Shown: positions 10,444-22,324 of the stretch, one piece after another
Layout of the letters: each line of letters begins with the position of its first letter
Numbering within the stretch: position 1 is the stretch's first letter
Assembly: GCA_964494385.1 (NCBI GenBank)
Contig: CAZBSE010000002.1
Location: 1,597 to 65,596, forward strand
Reading direction: 5' to 3'
Source of the DNA: an uncultured Actinomycetota bacterium
GTDB lineage: Bacteria > Actinomycetota > Humimicrobiia > Humimicrobiales > Humimicrobiaceae
Length of the DNA: 64,000 bases
Program-made: the position numbers and the translations under genes
Notes under the pieces: generated by a model
The model's input: only the letters and a program-made list of their open reading frames with translations
Databases searched by the model: none
Told to the model about the DNA's origin: nothing

Positions 10444-12282
10444 TTATCTATGTATCTTTCTGTAGATATTGGCTGCATCACTATGACTTAATCCCTTTAT
10501 TTCCATTAATTCTTGTACCGTCCTTATTTTTAAATCTTCGACTGATTTTATATTTTCAAAAATATACTTTTTCTTTTTTTCCCCTATGCCTTTTATTTCA
10601 TCCAGCAGAGATCTGGTCATACTCTTACCCCTTAGCTTCCTATGGAAGTTTACAGCGAATCTATGAGCCTCATCCCTGATTTTTATAAGGGCATGCATGT
10701 AACTGCTTCCCAGATCAAGTTTTATCCCGTCAGGATATTTACTACAGAATATGGTTTCCTCTTTTTTTGCAATACTTATAACATCAATATCCCGTATCTT
10801 CTCCTTGCTTATTAATTTGGACACTGTATTGAACTGAGCCTTACCGCCGTCAACTATTATTAAATCCGGCTTTTCATAGAAACTGCCCTTTTTATTTACT
10901 TTTTCTTTTTTAAGGTATTTTATTCTTCTTTCAGCTATCTCTTCCATCATCCTGCAATCATCCTGCCCGGTTACTGTTTTTATTTTAAAATATCTGTATT
11001 CTTCAGCCGCTAATTTCCCATCCACAGCCACGGACATGGAGCCTACGGGAAAAGTATCTTTCAGGTTAGAAATATCGAAACATTCCATCCTCCGTGGAAT
11101 GTTTGCCAATCCCAGAATATTCTTTAATTTTATAAATTCTTTATAAATCCCTGCATTTCCAATATCTTTTTCAAACTTTTTCTTCTCCAGATACAGTTTG
11201 GAATTTCTTGCCGTCATTTCCATTATTTTTTTCTTTTCACCGATCCTGGGCATTTTTATTTCAACCTTTTTACCCCTTTTTCCGGTCAGCCATTCTGATA
11301 ATAAATCGGCATTTTCAATTTTTACCGGGCAATAAATTTTAGCTGGAATGTCACTTATATTTGCATAATAGCTTTCTATGAAGCCAGCTAAAATATGCCT
11401 GTCATCCAGAAGACCGGCATTGCTTACGGTAAAGTTGTTGATTACTGACAGCACTCCTTCTCTATAAGTAAACAGACTTACAACCGCATTATCTTTTTCC
11501 ATGGCAGCTGACATAAAATCCCACATAGCTTTAACCGGAAAAAATACCTTCTGATTATTATAAAGTTTACTTATGTCATTTATTTTATTTTTAATCTCGT
11601 CAGCTTTTTCAAATTCTTTCTCTTCTGAATATTTTTTCATTTCGTTCTTCAGTTCATTTATAATGGTTATATCTTTTCCTATAAGAAAAAACTTTATAAA
11701 TTCAATATTCTTGCCATATTCTTCTTCTGAAATATAGCCCGCACATGGGGCACTGCACAGTTTAATATGATAATTAAGACACGGCAGATTCGAACCTTTG
11801 CCCGGTTTTGGGTTTCTGCAATCCCTCACCTTAAATATTCTTCTCAAATATTCCAGAGTTTTTCTTATGGCTCCGGTATTAGTATAAGGCCCGAAATATT
11901 CCGCATTTTCAATTCTTCTGTTCCTGGTTAAAAATACTCTTGGAAATTTTTCTCCTGCAGTTAAAGCTACAAAGGGGTATGATTTATCGTCTTTAAGATC
12001 TATATTGTACTTTGGCTTATTTTTCTTAATTAAATTTCCTTCCAGTATCAATGCTTCTGTTTCGCTATCTGTGACTATATAATCTATGGATTTTATCTTT
12101 TTGGTAAAATCCGGAGGTTTTGAATATAAAAAATTGCCGCCGGCATTACTGAAATAACTTCTCACTCTGCTGTTAAGATTCTTTGCCTTTCCGATATAGA
12201 TAATTTTACCCCCTGAATCTTTGAAAATATATACTCCGCATCTTCGGGGCAGTATATTTAAAAACTCTTTTATTCTATCCAT
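10444..12282 (-). CDS. uvrC: Excinuclease ABC subunit C
   Basis: 612 aa with an N-terminal GIY-YIG (GVYIFKD...IYIGKAKNL), a UvrC Cys motif region and a C-terminal HhH. Confidence 0.95.
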   Translation of the reverse strand: MDRIKEFLNILPRRCGVYIFKDSGGKIIYIGKAKNLNSRVRSYFSNAGGNFLYSKPPDFTKKIKSIDYIVTDSETEALILEGNLIKKNKPKYNIDLKDDKSYPFVALTAGEKFPRVFLTRNRRIENAEYFGPYTNTGAIRKTLEYLRRIFKVRDCRNPKPGKGSNLPCLNYHIKLCSAPCAGYISEEEYGKNIEFIKFFLIGKDITIINELKNEMKKYSEEKEFEKADEIKNKINDISKLYNNQKVFFPVKAMWDFMSAAMEKDNAVVSLFTYREGVLSVINNFTVSNAGLLDDRHILAGFIESYYANISDIPAKIYCPVKIENADLLSEWLTGKRGKKVEIKMPRIGEKKKIMEMTARNSKLYLEKKKFEKDIGNAGIYKEFIKLKNILGLANIPRRMECFDISNLKDTFPVGSMSVAVDGKLAAEEYRYFKIKTVTGQDDCRMMEEIAERRIKYLKKEKVNKKGSFYEKPDLIIVDGGKAQFNTVSKLISKEKIRDIDVISIAKKEETIFCSKYPDGIKLDLGSSYMHALIKIRDEAHRFAVNFHRKLRGKSMTRSLLDEIKGIGEKKKKYIFENIKSVEDLKIRTVQELMEIKGLSHSDAANIYRKIHR

Positions 12283-12325
12283 CGTATATTTTTTCTGTTT
12301 ACTTTTTCAATTATCATTATTATGC

Positions 12326-15175
12326 TCATAAAGCTGCTTTTAACATGTCCCTGTTCATGTACATCTTCAAAAATTTCCCCGTATAAGATCTCTTAATCTC
12401 TGCCACCTGCTCGGGGGTACCACTCGCGATGATCCTTCCGCCTTCTTTTCCCCCTTCCGGACCCAGGTCTATTATATGATCAGCAGTTTTGATTACTTCA
12501 AGATTATGTTCAATCACCAGAACCGTATTGCCCGCATCGACCAATCTCTTTAAAATAGCCAGTAATTTACTTATATCATCAAAATGCAGGCCCGTTGTAG
12601 GTTCATCCAGAAGATATAAGGTACTTCCTGTACTCTTCTTTGAAAGTTCGGTAGAAAGTTTGACTCTCTGCGCTTCCCCGCCGGATAATGTTGTAGATGA
12701 CTGTCCCAACTTAATATATCCCAGGCCCACATCATTGATTATCTCTAATTTCCTTTTGATTCTTGGAATATTCTTAAAAAATTCCGAAGCTTCCTCTACG
12801 GTCATATTTAAAATATCGTTAATATTTTTACCCTTGTATTTTATTTCCAGAGTTTCCCTGTTAAACCTTTTTCCTTTACAAACATCGCAAGGGATATAAA
12901 TATCAGGTAAAAAATGCATTTCTATTTTAATAACTCCATCCCCGTTGCATGCCTCACACCTTCCACCTTTTACATTAAAGCTGAATCTGCCGGGCTTGTA
13001 ACCCCTTGTTCTTGAGTCATGCGTTCTTGAAAATAATTCTCTGATATAGGTGAAAACTCCTGTATATGTCGCCGGATTTGAACGCGGGGTCCTGCCTATA
13101 GGCGATTGATCGATAACTATGACTTTATCAAGGTTCTCGTATTCAAGTATTCCGTCGTGTTCTCCGGCTTTATGCTTGGTCCCCATGATTAAATTGGAAA
13201 GAGAAGGATATAGTATTTCATTTACCAGGGTGCTTTTGCCCGAACCCGAAACCCCTGTAACCGCAATTAGTTTTCCTAAATCTATGCGAACATCTATATT
13301 TTTAAGATTATGTTCCCTTGCGCCTTTTATGGTTATGCACTTGCTGTTCCCTTTTCTTCTTTTATCCGGAACAGGTATAAATTTTTTACCAGCCAGATAT
13401 TTTCCGGTTATGGACCTGCTGCATTTATGTATTTCGTTCAGATTTCCGCTGTATACAATTTCACCTCCATGTATGCCGGCCCCCGGACCTATATCAACTA
13501 TAAAATCCGAATTCCTCATTGTTTCCTCATCGTGCTCTATGACTATTATGGTATTTCCCAGATCCCTTAATCTCTTCAGGGCATTTATTAATTTTTTATT
13601 ATCTCTCTGATGAAGCCCTATGCTGGGTTCATCCAGTATGTAAAGAACTCCTACCAGTCCCGAACCTATCTGGGTAGCCAGTCTTATCCTCTGTGATTCT
13701 CCTCCCGATAGGGTGCTGGATTTTCTATCCAGAGCCAGGTAGCCAAGCCCTACATCCTTTAAAAAATTAAGGCGTTCAATAATTTCCTTAATCAGCCTTT
13801 CACCTATCATTTTTTCCCTATCGGTTAATTTAAGCGATTTTAACCATTCAATACCTTCCTCAATAGTTTTTTCACAAAAATCAGCTATCGATATAGAGCC
13901 GATTTTAACTGCCAGACTTTCCTTCCTGAGTCTTTTCCCCTTGCAGCTGTTACATGGCCTGCTGCTTATCATCTTTTCTATTCTGATTCTCTGCATATCG
14001 GATTCTGTTTCCAGGTACCTTCTGCTCAAATTATTGGCAAGGCCCTCAAACTTTAAATAGTAACTCCTTTTTCTGCCTTTATGATTTATATAACTTACGC
14101 TTATTCGTTTTCCATCCGTTCCATATAGAATTACCTTCTTTATATATTCATCAAGATCCTTATAGGGGGTATTGAGGTCAAATTCGTACTCTTCAGCCAG
14201 ACTTTTCATCAGCTGGGAATAATAGTGTGAATAACCCATATTAAAAAAAGGAATGGCCCCGTCAATTATGCTCATTTCAGGATGTTCCACAATTAAATCA
14301 GGGTCCACTTCCTTGCTGATGCCCAGGCCTCCGCATTCCCTACAGGCTCCGTAGGGACTGTTGAATGAAAACATTCTGGGAGTTATCTCCTCAAAATCTA
14401 TGCCGCAGCTCACGCATGAAAAATTTTCTGAAAAGCTCTTTATCTCTCCCGAATCCAGCATCTGAATATAAACAATGCCCCCGCTTTCCTTAAGTGATAT
14501 TTCGATATCCTCTGAAAGTCTTTTCTTTATATCAGGCTTGATCTTTAATCTGTCCACAATAATTTCAATATCATGTTTTATATTTTTATCCAGTTTTAGA
14601 TCAAAGCTCTCACCCAGTTCGTAAACCTCACCATCTACTCTGACTCTTGCGTATCCTTCATTTCTGATATTTTCGAAAGCCTTTATATACTCGCCTTTTC
14701 TCCCCCTTATTATAGGTGAGAGAACCTGAAATCTACTGCCCTCTGGCAGTTCCATCACTCTATCCACTATTTGGTCTACGGTCTGCCTGGTAATTAACCT
14801 TCCGCATTTATAGCAATATGGTATGCCGATTTGAGCGTAAAGTACCCTTAAATAATCATATATTTCGGTAATGGTTCCTACAGTGGACCTTGGGTTCTTT
14901 GAGACACCCTTCTGGTTTATGGATACTGCCGGTGATAATCCTTCTATAAGGTCAACATCCGGTTTCTCCATTTGTCCTAGAAACTGCCTGGCATAAGAAG
15001 AAAGCGATTCAACATATCTTCTCTGCCCTTCGGCATAAATAGTATCAAACGCCAGTGATGATTTTCCGGATCCGCTTACACCGGTAAAAACTACAAATTT
15101 ATTTCTGGGAATCTTAAGATTTATATTTTTAAGATTGTGCTCCCTGGCACCTTTTATTATTATTTCTTCTTTCAT
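12326..15175 (-). CDS. uvrA: Excinuclease ABC subunit A
   Basis: 949 aa with two ABC modules (GVSGSGKSS... and GVSGSGKST...), LSGGE signatures and Zn-finger CxxC pairs. Confidence 0.97.
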   Translation of the reverse strand: MKEEIIIKGAREHNLKNINLKIPRNKFVVFTGVSGSGKSSLAFDTIYAEGQRRYVESLSSYARQFLGQMEKPDVDLIEGLSPAVSINQKGVSKNPRSTVGTITEIYDYLRVLYAQIGIPYCYKCGRLITRQTVDQIVDRVMELPEGSRFQVLSPIIRGRKGEYIKAFENIRNEGYARVRVDGEVYELGESFDLKLDKNIKHDIEIIVDRLKIKPDIKKRLSEDIEISLKESGGIVYIQMLDSGEIKSFSENFSCVSCGIDFEEITPRMFSFNSPYGACRECGGLGISKEVDPDLIVEHPEMSIIDGAIPFFNMGYSHYYSQLMKSLAEEYEFDLNTPYKDLDEYIKKVILYGTDGKRISVSYINHKGRKRSYYLKFEGLANNLSRRYLETESDMQRIRIEKMISSRPCNSCKGKRLRKESLAVKIGSISIADFCEKTIEEGIEWLKSLKLTDREKMIGERLIKEIIERLNFLKDVGLGYLALDRKSSTLSGGESQRIRLATQIGSGLVGVLYILDEPSIGLHQRDNKKLINALKRLRDLGNTIIVIEHDEETMRNSDFIVDIGPGAGIHGGEIVYSGNLNEIHKCSRSITGKYLAGKKFIPVPDKRRKGNSKCITIKGAREHNLKNIDVRIDLGKLIAVTGVSGSGKSTLVNEILYPSLSNLIMGTKHKAGEHDGILEYENLDKVIVIDQSPIGRTPRSNPATYTGVFTYIRELFSRTHDSRTRGYKPGRFSFNVKGGRCEACNGDGVIKIEMHFLPDIYIPCDVCKGKRFNRETLEIKYKGKNINDILNMTVEEASEFFKNIPRIKRKLEIINDVGLGYIKLGQSSTTLSGGEAQRVKLSTELSKKSTGSTLYLLDEPTTGLHFDDISKLLAILKRLVDAGNTVLVIEHNLEVIKTADHIIDLGPEGGKEGGRIIASGTPEQVAEIKRSYTGKFLKMYMNRDMLKAAL

Positions 15176-15177
15176 TA

Positions 15178-17208
15178 TTATTTCTTTATCTCTATATTAG
15201 CTATCTTTTTTATTCTCTTTATCTCATCCCTTATTGCAGCAGCTTTTTCAAAATTCAGTTCCCTGGCTTCCAAATACATTTCCTCTTCAAGGCCGCTTAT
15301 TATATTGGCAATCTTAGACGGATCCATGCTCATTAATCTATGCTCATTAAATTTATTTTTTCTGTCACTGACTTTAAAAACTGTTTTTGCTTCTTTTCTG
15401 GTTTTTATGCCGGTGCTGCTTAATATGTCAGTTATAGTTTTTTCAATAGTTCTTGGTATGATGCCGTGCTTGTTATTGTACTCGATCTGTAATTTCCTTC
15501 TTCTATTTGTCTCCGATAATGCAGTTTTAATAGCATTTGTTATCTTGTCGGCATACATTATAACCTTCCCGTTAACATTTCTTGCCGCCCTGCCTATAGT
15601 CTGGATAAGTGATATTTCTGACCTTAAAAATCCCTCTTTATCCGCATCCAGTATGACAACCAGTGATACTTCCGGCAAATCCAGTCCTTCCCTGAGTAAA
15701 TTTATTCCAACCAGTACATCAAATTCCCCGCTCCTGAGTCCCCTTAATATTTCAACCCTTTCCAGTGTATCTATAGTGGAATGCAGGTATCTTACTTTTA
15801 TTTTTTGACCGGACAGATAATCAGTCAGATCTTCCGCCATTCTTTTTGTAAGAGTGGTTATAAGAACTCTTTCACCTTTTTCCACAACTTTTTTTATTTC
15901 ATAAATCAAATTATCTATTTGCCCTTCCGTCTTTCTTATAAAAACTTCCGGGTCCACCAGCCCTGTAGGCCTTATTATCTGCTCGGCTATCTGATTGCTT
16001 ACTTTTCTTTCATAAGGTCCCGGTGTAGCCGAGGTAAATATAACCCTTTTAATTTTTGCCTCAAATTCTTCGAATCTTAAAGGTCTGTTATCCATCGCAG
16101 AAGGGAGCCTGAATCCATAATCTACCAGAGTTTGCTTCCTTGACCTGTCACCCTCGTACATACCTCTTATCTGTGGCACGGCTATGTGGGACTCATCTAT
16201 AATGACAAGGAAATCATCAGGAAAAAAATCTAACAGGGTATTGGGGGGCTCTCCCGCTTTTTTACCCAGAATGTGCCTGGAATAATTTTCAATACCTCCG
16301 CAGAAACCCAATTCCGCTATCATCTCCATATCGTATCTTGTCCTTGATTCTATCCTCTGGGCTTCAAGCAGTTTCCCGCTTTCTTTAAAAAATTTTATTC
16401 TTTCATTAAGTTCTTTCTCAATCGTTTTAAGAGCTATATCAACCCATTCCACTGTTGCCAGGAAATGTGTCGCGGGGGATATAATATATACTTCTTTTTC
16501 TCCATAGATCTCTCCCGATAACGGATTGAATTCTGTAATCTTTTCTAATTCATCCCCCAGAAACTGCACCCTGACTGCCTTTCCCTGATATGCCGGAAAT
16601 ATTTCAACAGTATCTCCTTTTACTCTGAACTTTCCATTCACGAAATCATAATCATTTCTCTCATATCTTATATTGACCAGCTTATCTATTAAACTTTCTC
16701 TGGAAAATTCTTCATGCAGTTTTAAGACGATCCTCTGTTTTCCATACTCGGAGGGCGAGCCCAGACCATATATGCAGGAAACACTGGCCACTACTATAAC
16801 GTCGCTTCTGGTAAAAAGAGAATTGGTAGAGGATAATCTCAGCTTTTCTATTTCTTCATTTATTGAGGTATCTTTTTCTATATACATATCCTTACCGGGC
16901 AGGTACGCTTCCGGCTGATAATAGTCGTAATAGCTGACAAAATATTCCACGGAATTATCCGGAAAAAATTCTTTGAACTCATTACAGAGCTGTGCCGCAA
17001 GAGTTTTATTGGGAGCAAGAACCAGTGTTGGAAGCTGGACATTCTGTATCACATTCGCTATTGAATAAGTTTTTCCCGAGCCCGTAACCCCTAATAAACT
17101 CTGAAACTTAAGATCATGTTTAATACCTTCTGTCAACCGGTCAATGGCTCCATCCTGATCTCCCTGAGGTGAATAGTTGGATACTATTTTAAATTTATAA
17201 TCGGGCAT
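15178..17208 (-). CDS. uvrB: Excinuclease ABC subunit B
   Basis: 676 aa with helicase motifs ([12 protein letters not shown]) and a C-terminal UvrB/UvrC interaction helix. Confidence 0.97.
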   Translation of the reverse strand: MPDYKFKIVSNYSPQGDQDGAIDRLTEGIKHDLKFQSLLGVTGSGKTYSIANVIQNVQLPTLVLAPNKTLAAQLCNEFKEFFPDNSVEYFVSYYDYYQPEAYLPGKDMYIEKDTSINEEIEKLRLSSTNSLFTRSDVIVVASVSCIYGLGSPSEYGKQRIVLKLHEEFSRESLIDKLVNIRYERNDYDFVNGKFRVKGDTVEIFPAYQGKAVRVQFLGDELEKITEFNPLSGEIYGEKEVYIISPATHFLATVEWVDIALKTIEKELNERIKFFKESGKLLEAQRIESRTRYDMEMIAELGFCGGIENYSRHILGKKAGEPPNTLLDFFPDDFLVIIDESHIAVPQIRGMYEGDRSRKQTLVDYGFRLPSAMDNRPLRFEEFEAKIKRVIFTSATPGPYERKVSNQIAEQIIRPTGLVDPEVFIRKTEGQIDNLIYEIKKVVEKGERVLITTLTKRMAEDLTDYLSGQKIKVRYLHSTIDTLERVEILRGLRSGEFDVLVGINLLREGLDLPEVSLVVILDADKEGFLRSEISLIQTIGRAARNVNGKVIMYADKITNAIKTALSETNRRRKLQIEYNNKHGIIPRTIEKTITDILSSTGIKTRKEAKTVFKVSDRKNKFNEHRLMSMDPSKIANIISGLEEEMYLEARELNFEKAAAIRDEIKRIKKIANIEIKK

Positions 17209-17235
17209 CTTTTATATTATTTTCCTGCCTTATAA

Positions 17236-17817
17236 TTAAATATTTTTTAGAATTTCCTTTACTTTTTTAAGTAAATCCTTTTCGGAGCCATTATTATTGA
17301 TGATGAAATCTATCTTTTTTTCATTAACTTTTATATATTGGCCCTTGATCCTCAATTCTTTATCATAATCCGAAAAATTCTTTTGTTTTAAAAAGTTTTT
17401 TCTCTTTTCAACCGGGGCATTGACCAGAATAATATAATCACACAATAAATCCAATTTGCATTCAAACAATATTGCTGCTTCCATTATAATATAAGTTTTA
17501 TTGCAATTTTTATCTAAAATATTTTTAACTTCTCTCCTTATCAGGGGAAACATCAATCTGTTTAGCTTCATTAGCTCCGTTTTATCTGAAAAGACTTTCC
17601 GTGCCAGGAATCTAAAATCCAGGTCACCGTCAGTATTAAAAGCCTCACTTCCGAAAATTATTTTTAGTTTATTTAAAACTTTCGGGGTTTTGGAATAGAT
17701 ATTTTTCGCAGTCTCATCTACATTCAGTAGCAGAGTGTCTTTCCTTATTCCTTTTATATATTTACATACCGTACTCTTGCCCGAAGCAATTCTTCCTGTA
17801 ACTCCTATGACTATTAT
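17236..17817 (-). CDS. coaE: Dephospho-CoA kinase. The annotated ORF starts at an internal ATG; the frame is open further upstream and encodes the P-loop.
   Basis: Manual reverse-complement translation of 17572-17826 continues in frame as ...TIIVIGVTGRIASGKSTVCKYIKG..., the CoaE N-terminus. The C-terminus matches CoaE (NAPVEKRKNFL...). AGGAGG sits at 17824-17829. No ATG, GTG or TTG exists between the upstream stop (17854-17856) and the P-loop, so the proposed start is ATA at 17815-17817. Confidence 0.7.
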   Translation of the reverse strand: MIVIGVTGRIASGKSTVCKYIKGIRKDTLLLNVDETAKNIYSKTPKVLNKLKIIFGSEAFNTDGDLDFRFLARKVFSDKTELMKLNRLMFPLIRREVKNILDKNCNKTYIIMEAAILFECKLDLLCDYIILVNAPVEKRKNFLKQKNFSDYDKELRIKGQYIKVNEKKIDFIINNNGSEKDLLKKVKEILKNI

Positions 17818-17975
17818 TGTATACCTCCTTGATAATCCGGCAATAAAACTATTTCACGGTTAAACAAATAAGAATAAATAAAGTATAGAAAAATAATAAC
17901 AGCTAAACGATGTTTTTAAAATATCATTGTGGTTCCGAGCAGTTCAAAGGCAAAATTTTAATTTAATAGAATTGG

Positions 17976-19364
17976 TCATTCTATATTGGCTTCGTCTTTC
18001 ATCTCTTTTAGTATTTCTTTAATCTGCCTTTTTTTCTTCAAATCTTTATCATCCGCTTCAACAGCCTGATTTTTATTTTCGTCTTTGGCCTTACTCTTCT
18101 TTTCCTTTTCAATCTGGCCGTTCTTTTCCTCTTTAGCGGAATCTTTCACATGCTTACCGCTTTTTTTTGATTCTTCTCCGGATGCTTTTTGTTTCTTATC
18201 CTTATCTTCTATTTTTTGGCTGCTTGCTTTGTTTTCTTCTTCCTTATCCTCTACCGGATTCTCTACCTGTTTAACACTGAATGCCATTCTTCTTTTATCA
18301 AAATCTATATCAATAATCCTGACAGCCAGTTCATCACCTATTTTTGCAATATCACTCGGCCTTTTTACCGGTTCTTCACTAAGTTCGGATATATGTACCA
18401 GACCTTCAAGGTCTCCTTCTATCAGAACAAACAAGCCAAATTTAACTATCCTGGTAACTCTGCCGTTTACTATATCTTTTATGGAATATTTTTTTATCTT
18501 TTCCAGCCAGGGATCTTTCTGAGTCTGCTTTAGACCAAGAGATAATCTCTGCTTCTCATAATCGATATCCAATATTTCTACATCCACTTCCTGATTTATG
18601 TTCACAACTTCCGAAGGATGCTTTACATGGTTCCATGAAAGTTCCGATATATGCACAAGACCATCGACACCATTTACGTCAACAAACGCTCCAAAATCTG
18701 CAATACTTGTTATTATTCCTTTTTTTACCTGGCCTACTTCCATATTGTTCAGTATCTCTTTTCGCTGTTCTTTCCTTTCATCCTCTATGATTACCTTTCG
18801 GGACAGGACAACATTATTCCTGTTCCTATCAACTTCAATAATCTTACATGCACATTTCTCCCCAATATAAGATTCAAGATCATTGATTTTCCTTACATCT
18901 ATTAACGATGCGGGTAAAAATCCTCTTAAGCCTATATCTACAATCAGACCACCCTTTACACATTCTATAATCTCTCCCTCAACCGTATCTCCGCTTTCAT
19001 AGATTCTCTCTACCCTGTCAAAATTCTGTTCCACCTCGGCTCTTTTTTTTGAAAGTATCAGCCGCCCGTCCTGGTCCTCTTTCTGCAGAACCATAATCTC
19101 TATTTCATCATCGACTTTCAGAATATCTTCAGGTTTTATATTATTTCTTATTGATAATTCATTTAAGGGTATCACTCCTTCTGATTTAAAACCCACATCG
19201 ACCAGAACTTCGTCTTTATCAATCTTCACTACTTTACCCTTCACCACATCTCCGTCATTTAAATTAACCATAGTCAGATCATAATTAGGAACCATCTCAC
19301 CATTTTCGTTCTCTATCATACAGTTGTCGTTTGTTAATTTTTCACCAAATTTGTCTTCAGCCAT
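17976..19364 (-). CDS. rpsA: 30S ribosomal protein S1 homolog with four S1 domains and a Lys/Glu-rich C-terminal tail
   Basis: 462 aa with a repeated S1 OB-fold pattern (GxV..I...G.FV......GL.HISE). About 100 aa of low-complexity K/E/D-rich tail follows. Confidence 0.8.
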   Translation of the reverse strand: MAEDKFGEKLTNDNCMIENENGEMVPNYDLTMVNLNDGDVVKGKVVKIDKDEVLVDVGFKSEGVIPLNELSIRNNIKPEDILKVDDEIEIMVLQKEDQDGRLILSKKRAEVEQNFDRVERIYESGDTVEGEIIECVKGGLIVDIGLRGFLPASLIDVRKINDLESYIGEKCACKIIEVDRNRNNVVLSRKVIIEDERKEQRKEILNNMEVGQVKKGIITSIADFGAFVDVNGVDGLVHISELSWNHVKHPSEVVNINQEVDVEILDIDYEKQRLSLGLKQTQKDPWLEKIKKYSIKDIVNGRVTRIVKFGLFVLIEGDLEGLVHISELSEEPVKRPSDIAKIGDELAVRIIDIDFDKRRMAFSVKQVENPVEDKEEENKASSQKIEDKDKKQKASGEESKKSGKHVKDSAKEEKNGQIEKEKKSKAKDENKNQAVEADDKDLKKKRQIKEILKEMKDEANIE

Positions 19365-19446
19365 ATTTTAAATATCACTCTCCGTAATTAATTTTGAAAA
19401 AGAATAACATGCAAAAAAATAATAATCAATATTATAAAGTATTTTT

Positions 19447-22197
19447 TTAAATATACCAGTTTCTACCGGTTTTTATATCTACTTTAAGCTTTACTTTCAG
19501 GGTAATACAATTTTCCATTGATTCTATAACTATTTTTTTTATTTTTTCCAGATCTTTTTCCATCAACTCCAATACCAGCTCGTCATGAACATGAAGTATA
19601 ATATTGCTGTCAATCTTGTCTGATTTTAATCTTTTGAAAAGCATAATAGTTGACAGCTTCATTATATCCGCAGCGCTTCCCTGTATGGGTGTATTTATTG
19701 CAAACCTTTCCCCAAGATTTCTTATCCTGTTATTACTGCTTCCAAGCTCTTTTATATATCTTTTTCTTCCAAAAATCGTGGTGGAATAGCCTTTTTTACG
19801 GGCATCCTCTATCAGTGTCTTCAGATATCTTTTTACTCCCGAATATTTTTCAAAATATTTTCTAATATATTCCCTGGCTTCTTCTTCCGAAATGGAAAGC
19901 CTGTTCATCAAGCCATATTCTGTCATACCATATATTATCCCAAAATTTATGGCCTTGGCTTTCCTTCTTAAAACATCATCAACAGCTTCGTAGCTTACCC
20001 CGAACAGTTCAGAAGCTGTTCTGGTGTGTATGTCCTCTTCACTGCTAAATGAGTCTATCAGATTATTATCTGCCGATAAGTGTGCCAGTACCCTTAGTTC
20101 AATCTGTGAGTAATCGGAAGCCAGGATTAAATCATATCCTCTCCCCGGGATAAAAGCTTTCCTTATCTGTTTTCCATAATCCGTCCTTACCGGAATATTC
20201 TGTAGATTAGGCTCGCTGCTGCTTATTCTTCCGGTAGACGTTCCCAGCTGGTTATAAGTAGTATGAACTCTCGAATCCTTAGGATCCATAAGCCCGGGCA
20301 AGACATCTATATATGTATTTTTTAATTTGGTCTTCTCCCTGTAATCAAGTATCTTTTTTATTACAGGAGAAGTGCCATATATGGATTTTAAAGTCGCAGC
20401 ATCTGTGGAAAAGCCTGTTTTGGTTTTTTTTGTAACCGGGAGCTTTAACTTCTTGTAAAGGATTTCAGCCAGCTGCTGTGATGAATTTATATTAAACTTT
20501 TCACCACAGAATCCGTAAATCTCTTTCTTGATTTTCTTTATTTCAAAATCATATTCACTTATCAGGTCATCCAGGTATTTTTTATCTATATTTACTCCCG
20601 TATACTCCATATCAGCCAGTATCCGTATAAGCGGCTCTTCTATCTGACAGTACAGTTTATCCAGTTCCTCCTTTTTTATCCTATTCAGTAATTTGAATTC
20701 AATTTCTTTGTAGAGGCTAATTTTCTTAAGTGCTTCATCTTTGCTGCTGGTTTCTAATTCAGCTTCCGGCCCTTTATTCCCATGGAAATCCAATCTTAAC
20801 TGCTTTTCTTTTTCAATCTTTTTTAGCTTTATCGAATCACCGCTTGTTCTACCCTCACTGAATTCAACATCCTCTATCCTGATATCCAGAATATCACTGA
20901 TTACTTCTTCCGGACTTGTAGCCGATTTAAACGGATTCAAAATTAAATAAAGTATTTCATAATCCACCAATTCTCCTCTTAAACTGATGCCGTGATCTTT
21001 TAGGATCTTATATATCTTTTTAAAGTTAAAACCTGATTTCTTTATCTTTTCGTCTTCTATTAAATTCTTTACCCACTTTTTTCCGGTATTTTCATCCAGA
21101 TTTCCATTTTTTACCAAAAAGGCACTTTCACCGCCAAAGTATAAAATGAAACCGTAAAGCTTTTCTTTATCAATAAATTCAACAATATATAAATTGCCGT
21201 GCGAACTTTTAACAGGAACATCCGGCTTTAAATTTTCTGTTAAATGCTTTAATTTAATTTTTCCTGTCTTTTTCTTGTCATTTAAGTTATCTTCCATAAA
21301 ATTGATTTTATCTTTCAAACCAGTCAGCTTTCTATCCAGGGACCTGAATTCAAGACTGTTGAAAAGCTGCTTTATCTTTTTGAAGCTGATATTCTTAAAA
21401 CTATTATTTATAATTTTAGCGGTATCCATATTCCGGGAAAGCTTCAGCGTGGCTAATTCCTTGCTAAGCTGCGCTTCTTTCTTATTATCAATCAAAAGGT
21501 TCCTCAGGCGCTGGTTATCTACTTTTTCAATGTGTTCATAAATTCCCTCCAGGCTGCCGTATTTTTTTACCAGTAATTTTGCGGTCTTTGGTCCCACACC
21601 CGGAATCCCCGGGATATTATCCGAATTGTCTCCCATCAGAGCAAGCAGGTCTTTTACCCTTTCCGGCCTGACTCCGAATTTTTCCTCTACCATTTTTGGA
21701 TCGAAAATTACCGTTTCCGTAATGCCCTTTTTTATAGTCATAACCCTTACATTATCCGATACCAGCTGTAAAATATCCTTGTCTCCCGTCACTATTATTA
21801 TCTGGTCATAAAAATCCTTAATGTTTTCCACCAAGCCCGCAATTATATCATCGGCTTCAAAACCATCCTCCTCCAGATAGACAATATTAAAGGCATCCAA
21901 CACTTCCTTTATCAGCGGAAATTGGTTGGACAGCTCATCGGGCATTTTTTTTCTGTGTATTTTATACTGCTTATACATTTCGTGCCTGAACGTCGGAATT
22001 TTACTGTCAAATGTACAAATTATATTATCCGGATGCTGGTCCTCTATAAGTTTTAACAACATGCTGGTAAATCCCATAACTGCATTGGTTAAAATGCCCG
22101 ATGAAGTATAAATGCTGTCAGGGACAGCATAAAAAGCCCTGTATGCAATGTTATGGCCGTCAATTAAAACAACCTTTTTATTCTTGGTTTTTTTCAA
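19447..22197 (-). CDS. polA: DNA polymerase I
   Basis: 916 aa with an N-terminal 5'-3' exonuclease (VLIDGHNIAYRAFYA) and C-terminal polymerase motifs A, B and C (DYSQIELR, RRKAKAINFGIIYG, VHDE). Confidence 0.95.
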   Translation of the reverse strand: MKKTKNKKVVLIDGHNIAYRAFYAVPDSIYTSSGILTNAVMGFTSMLLKLIEDQHPDNIICTFDSKIPTFRHEMYKQYKIHRKKMPDELSNQFPLIKEVLDAFNIVYLEEDGFEADDIIAGLVENIKDFYDQIIIVTGDKDILQLVSDNVRVMTIKKGITETVIFDPKMVEEKFGVRPERVKDLLALMGDNSDNIPGIPGVGPKTAKLLVKKYGSLEGIYEHIEKVDNQRLRNLLIDNKKEAQLSKELATLKLSRNMDTAKIINNSFKNISFKKIKQLFNSLEFRSLDRKLTGLKDKINFMEDNLNDKKKTGKIKLKHLTENLKPDVPVKSSHGNLYIVEFIDKEKLYGFILYFGGESAFLVKNGNLDENTGKKWVKNLIEDEKIKKSGFNFKKIYKILKDHGISLRGELVDYEILYLILNPFKSATSPEEVISDILDIRIEDVEFSEGRTSGDSIKLKKIEKEKQLRLDFHGNKGPEAELETSSKDEALKKISLYKEIEFKLLNRIKKEELDKLYCQIEEPLIRILADMEYTGVNIDKKYLDDLISEYDFEIKKIKKEIYGFCGEKFNINSSQQLAEILYKKLKLPVTKKTKTGFSTDAATLKSIYGTSPVIKKILDYREKTKLKNTYIDVLPGLMDPKDSRVHTTYNQLGTSTGRISSSEPNLQNIPVRTDYGKQIRKAFIPGRGYDLILASDYSQIELRVLAHLSADNNLIDSFSSEEDIHTRTASELFGVSYEAVDDVLRRKAKAINFGIIYGMTEYGLMNRLSISEEEAREYIRKYFEKYSGVKRYLKTLIEDARKKGYSTTIFGRKRYIKELGSSNNRIRNLGERFAINTPIQGSAADIMKLSTIMLFKRLKSDKIDSNIILHVHDELVLELMEKDLEKIKKIVIESMENCITLKVKLKVDIKTGRNWYI

Positions 22198-22295
22198 TTA
22201 GGACCTCTGTGCCGGAATTGGGTAAATAACCAATTTATATTTTAAAAATTATAGCTAAATTCTCCGGGGCTCTGATGAAAAAGTCTTAAAATTAT

Positions 22296-22324
22296 TTGAC
22301 ATTCCCGTATAATCTTATATATTA
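22296..22324 (+). promoter_or_regulatory. Candidate sigma70-type promoter: TTGACA with a TATATT/ATATTA -10 at 16-17 bp spacing. A TATAAT also lies only 6 bp downstream of the TTGACA.
   Basis: Sequence motifs lie 150-180 bp upstream of the plus-strand gene at 22477. Spacing to the -10 element is ambiguous. Confidence 0.3.

Noticed and set aside
15137-15808. 223-aa plus-strand ORF, along with many other 60-200 aa plus-strand ORFs such as 48122-48712, 52070-52741, 12489-12899 and 13119-13610
   Set aside because: All lie antisense inside confidently identified minus-strand genes (uvrA, uvrB, leuC, leuD, serA). Their translations are low-complexity Ser/Leu/Phe/Ile-rich, as expected from the reverse strand of AT-rich coding DNA. 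None has a recognisable motif.
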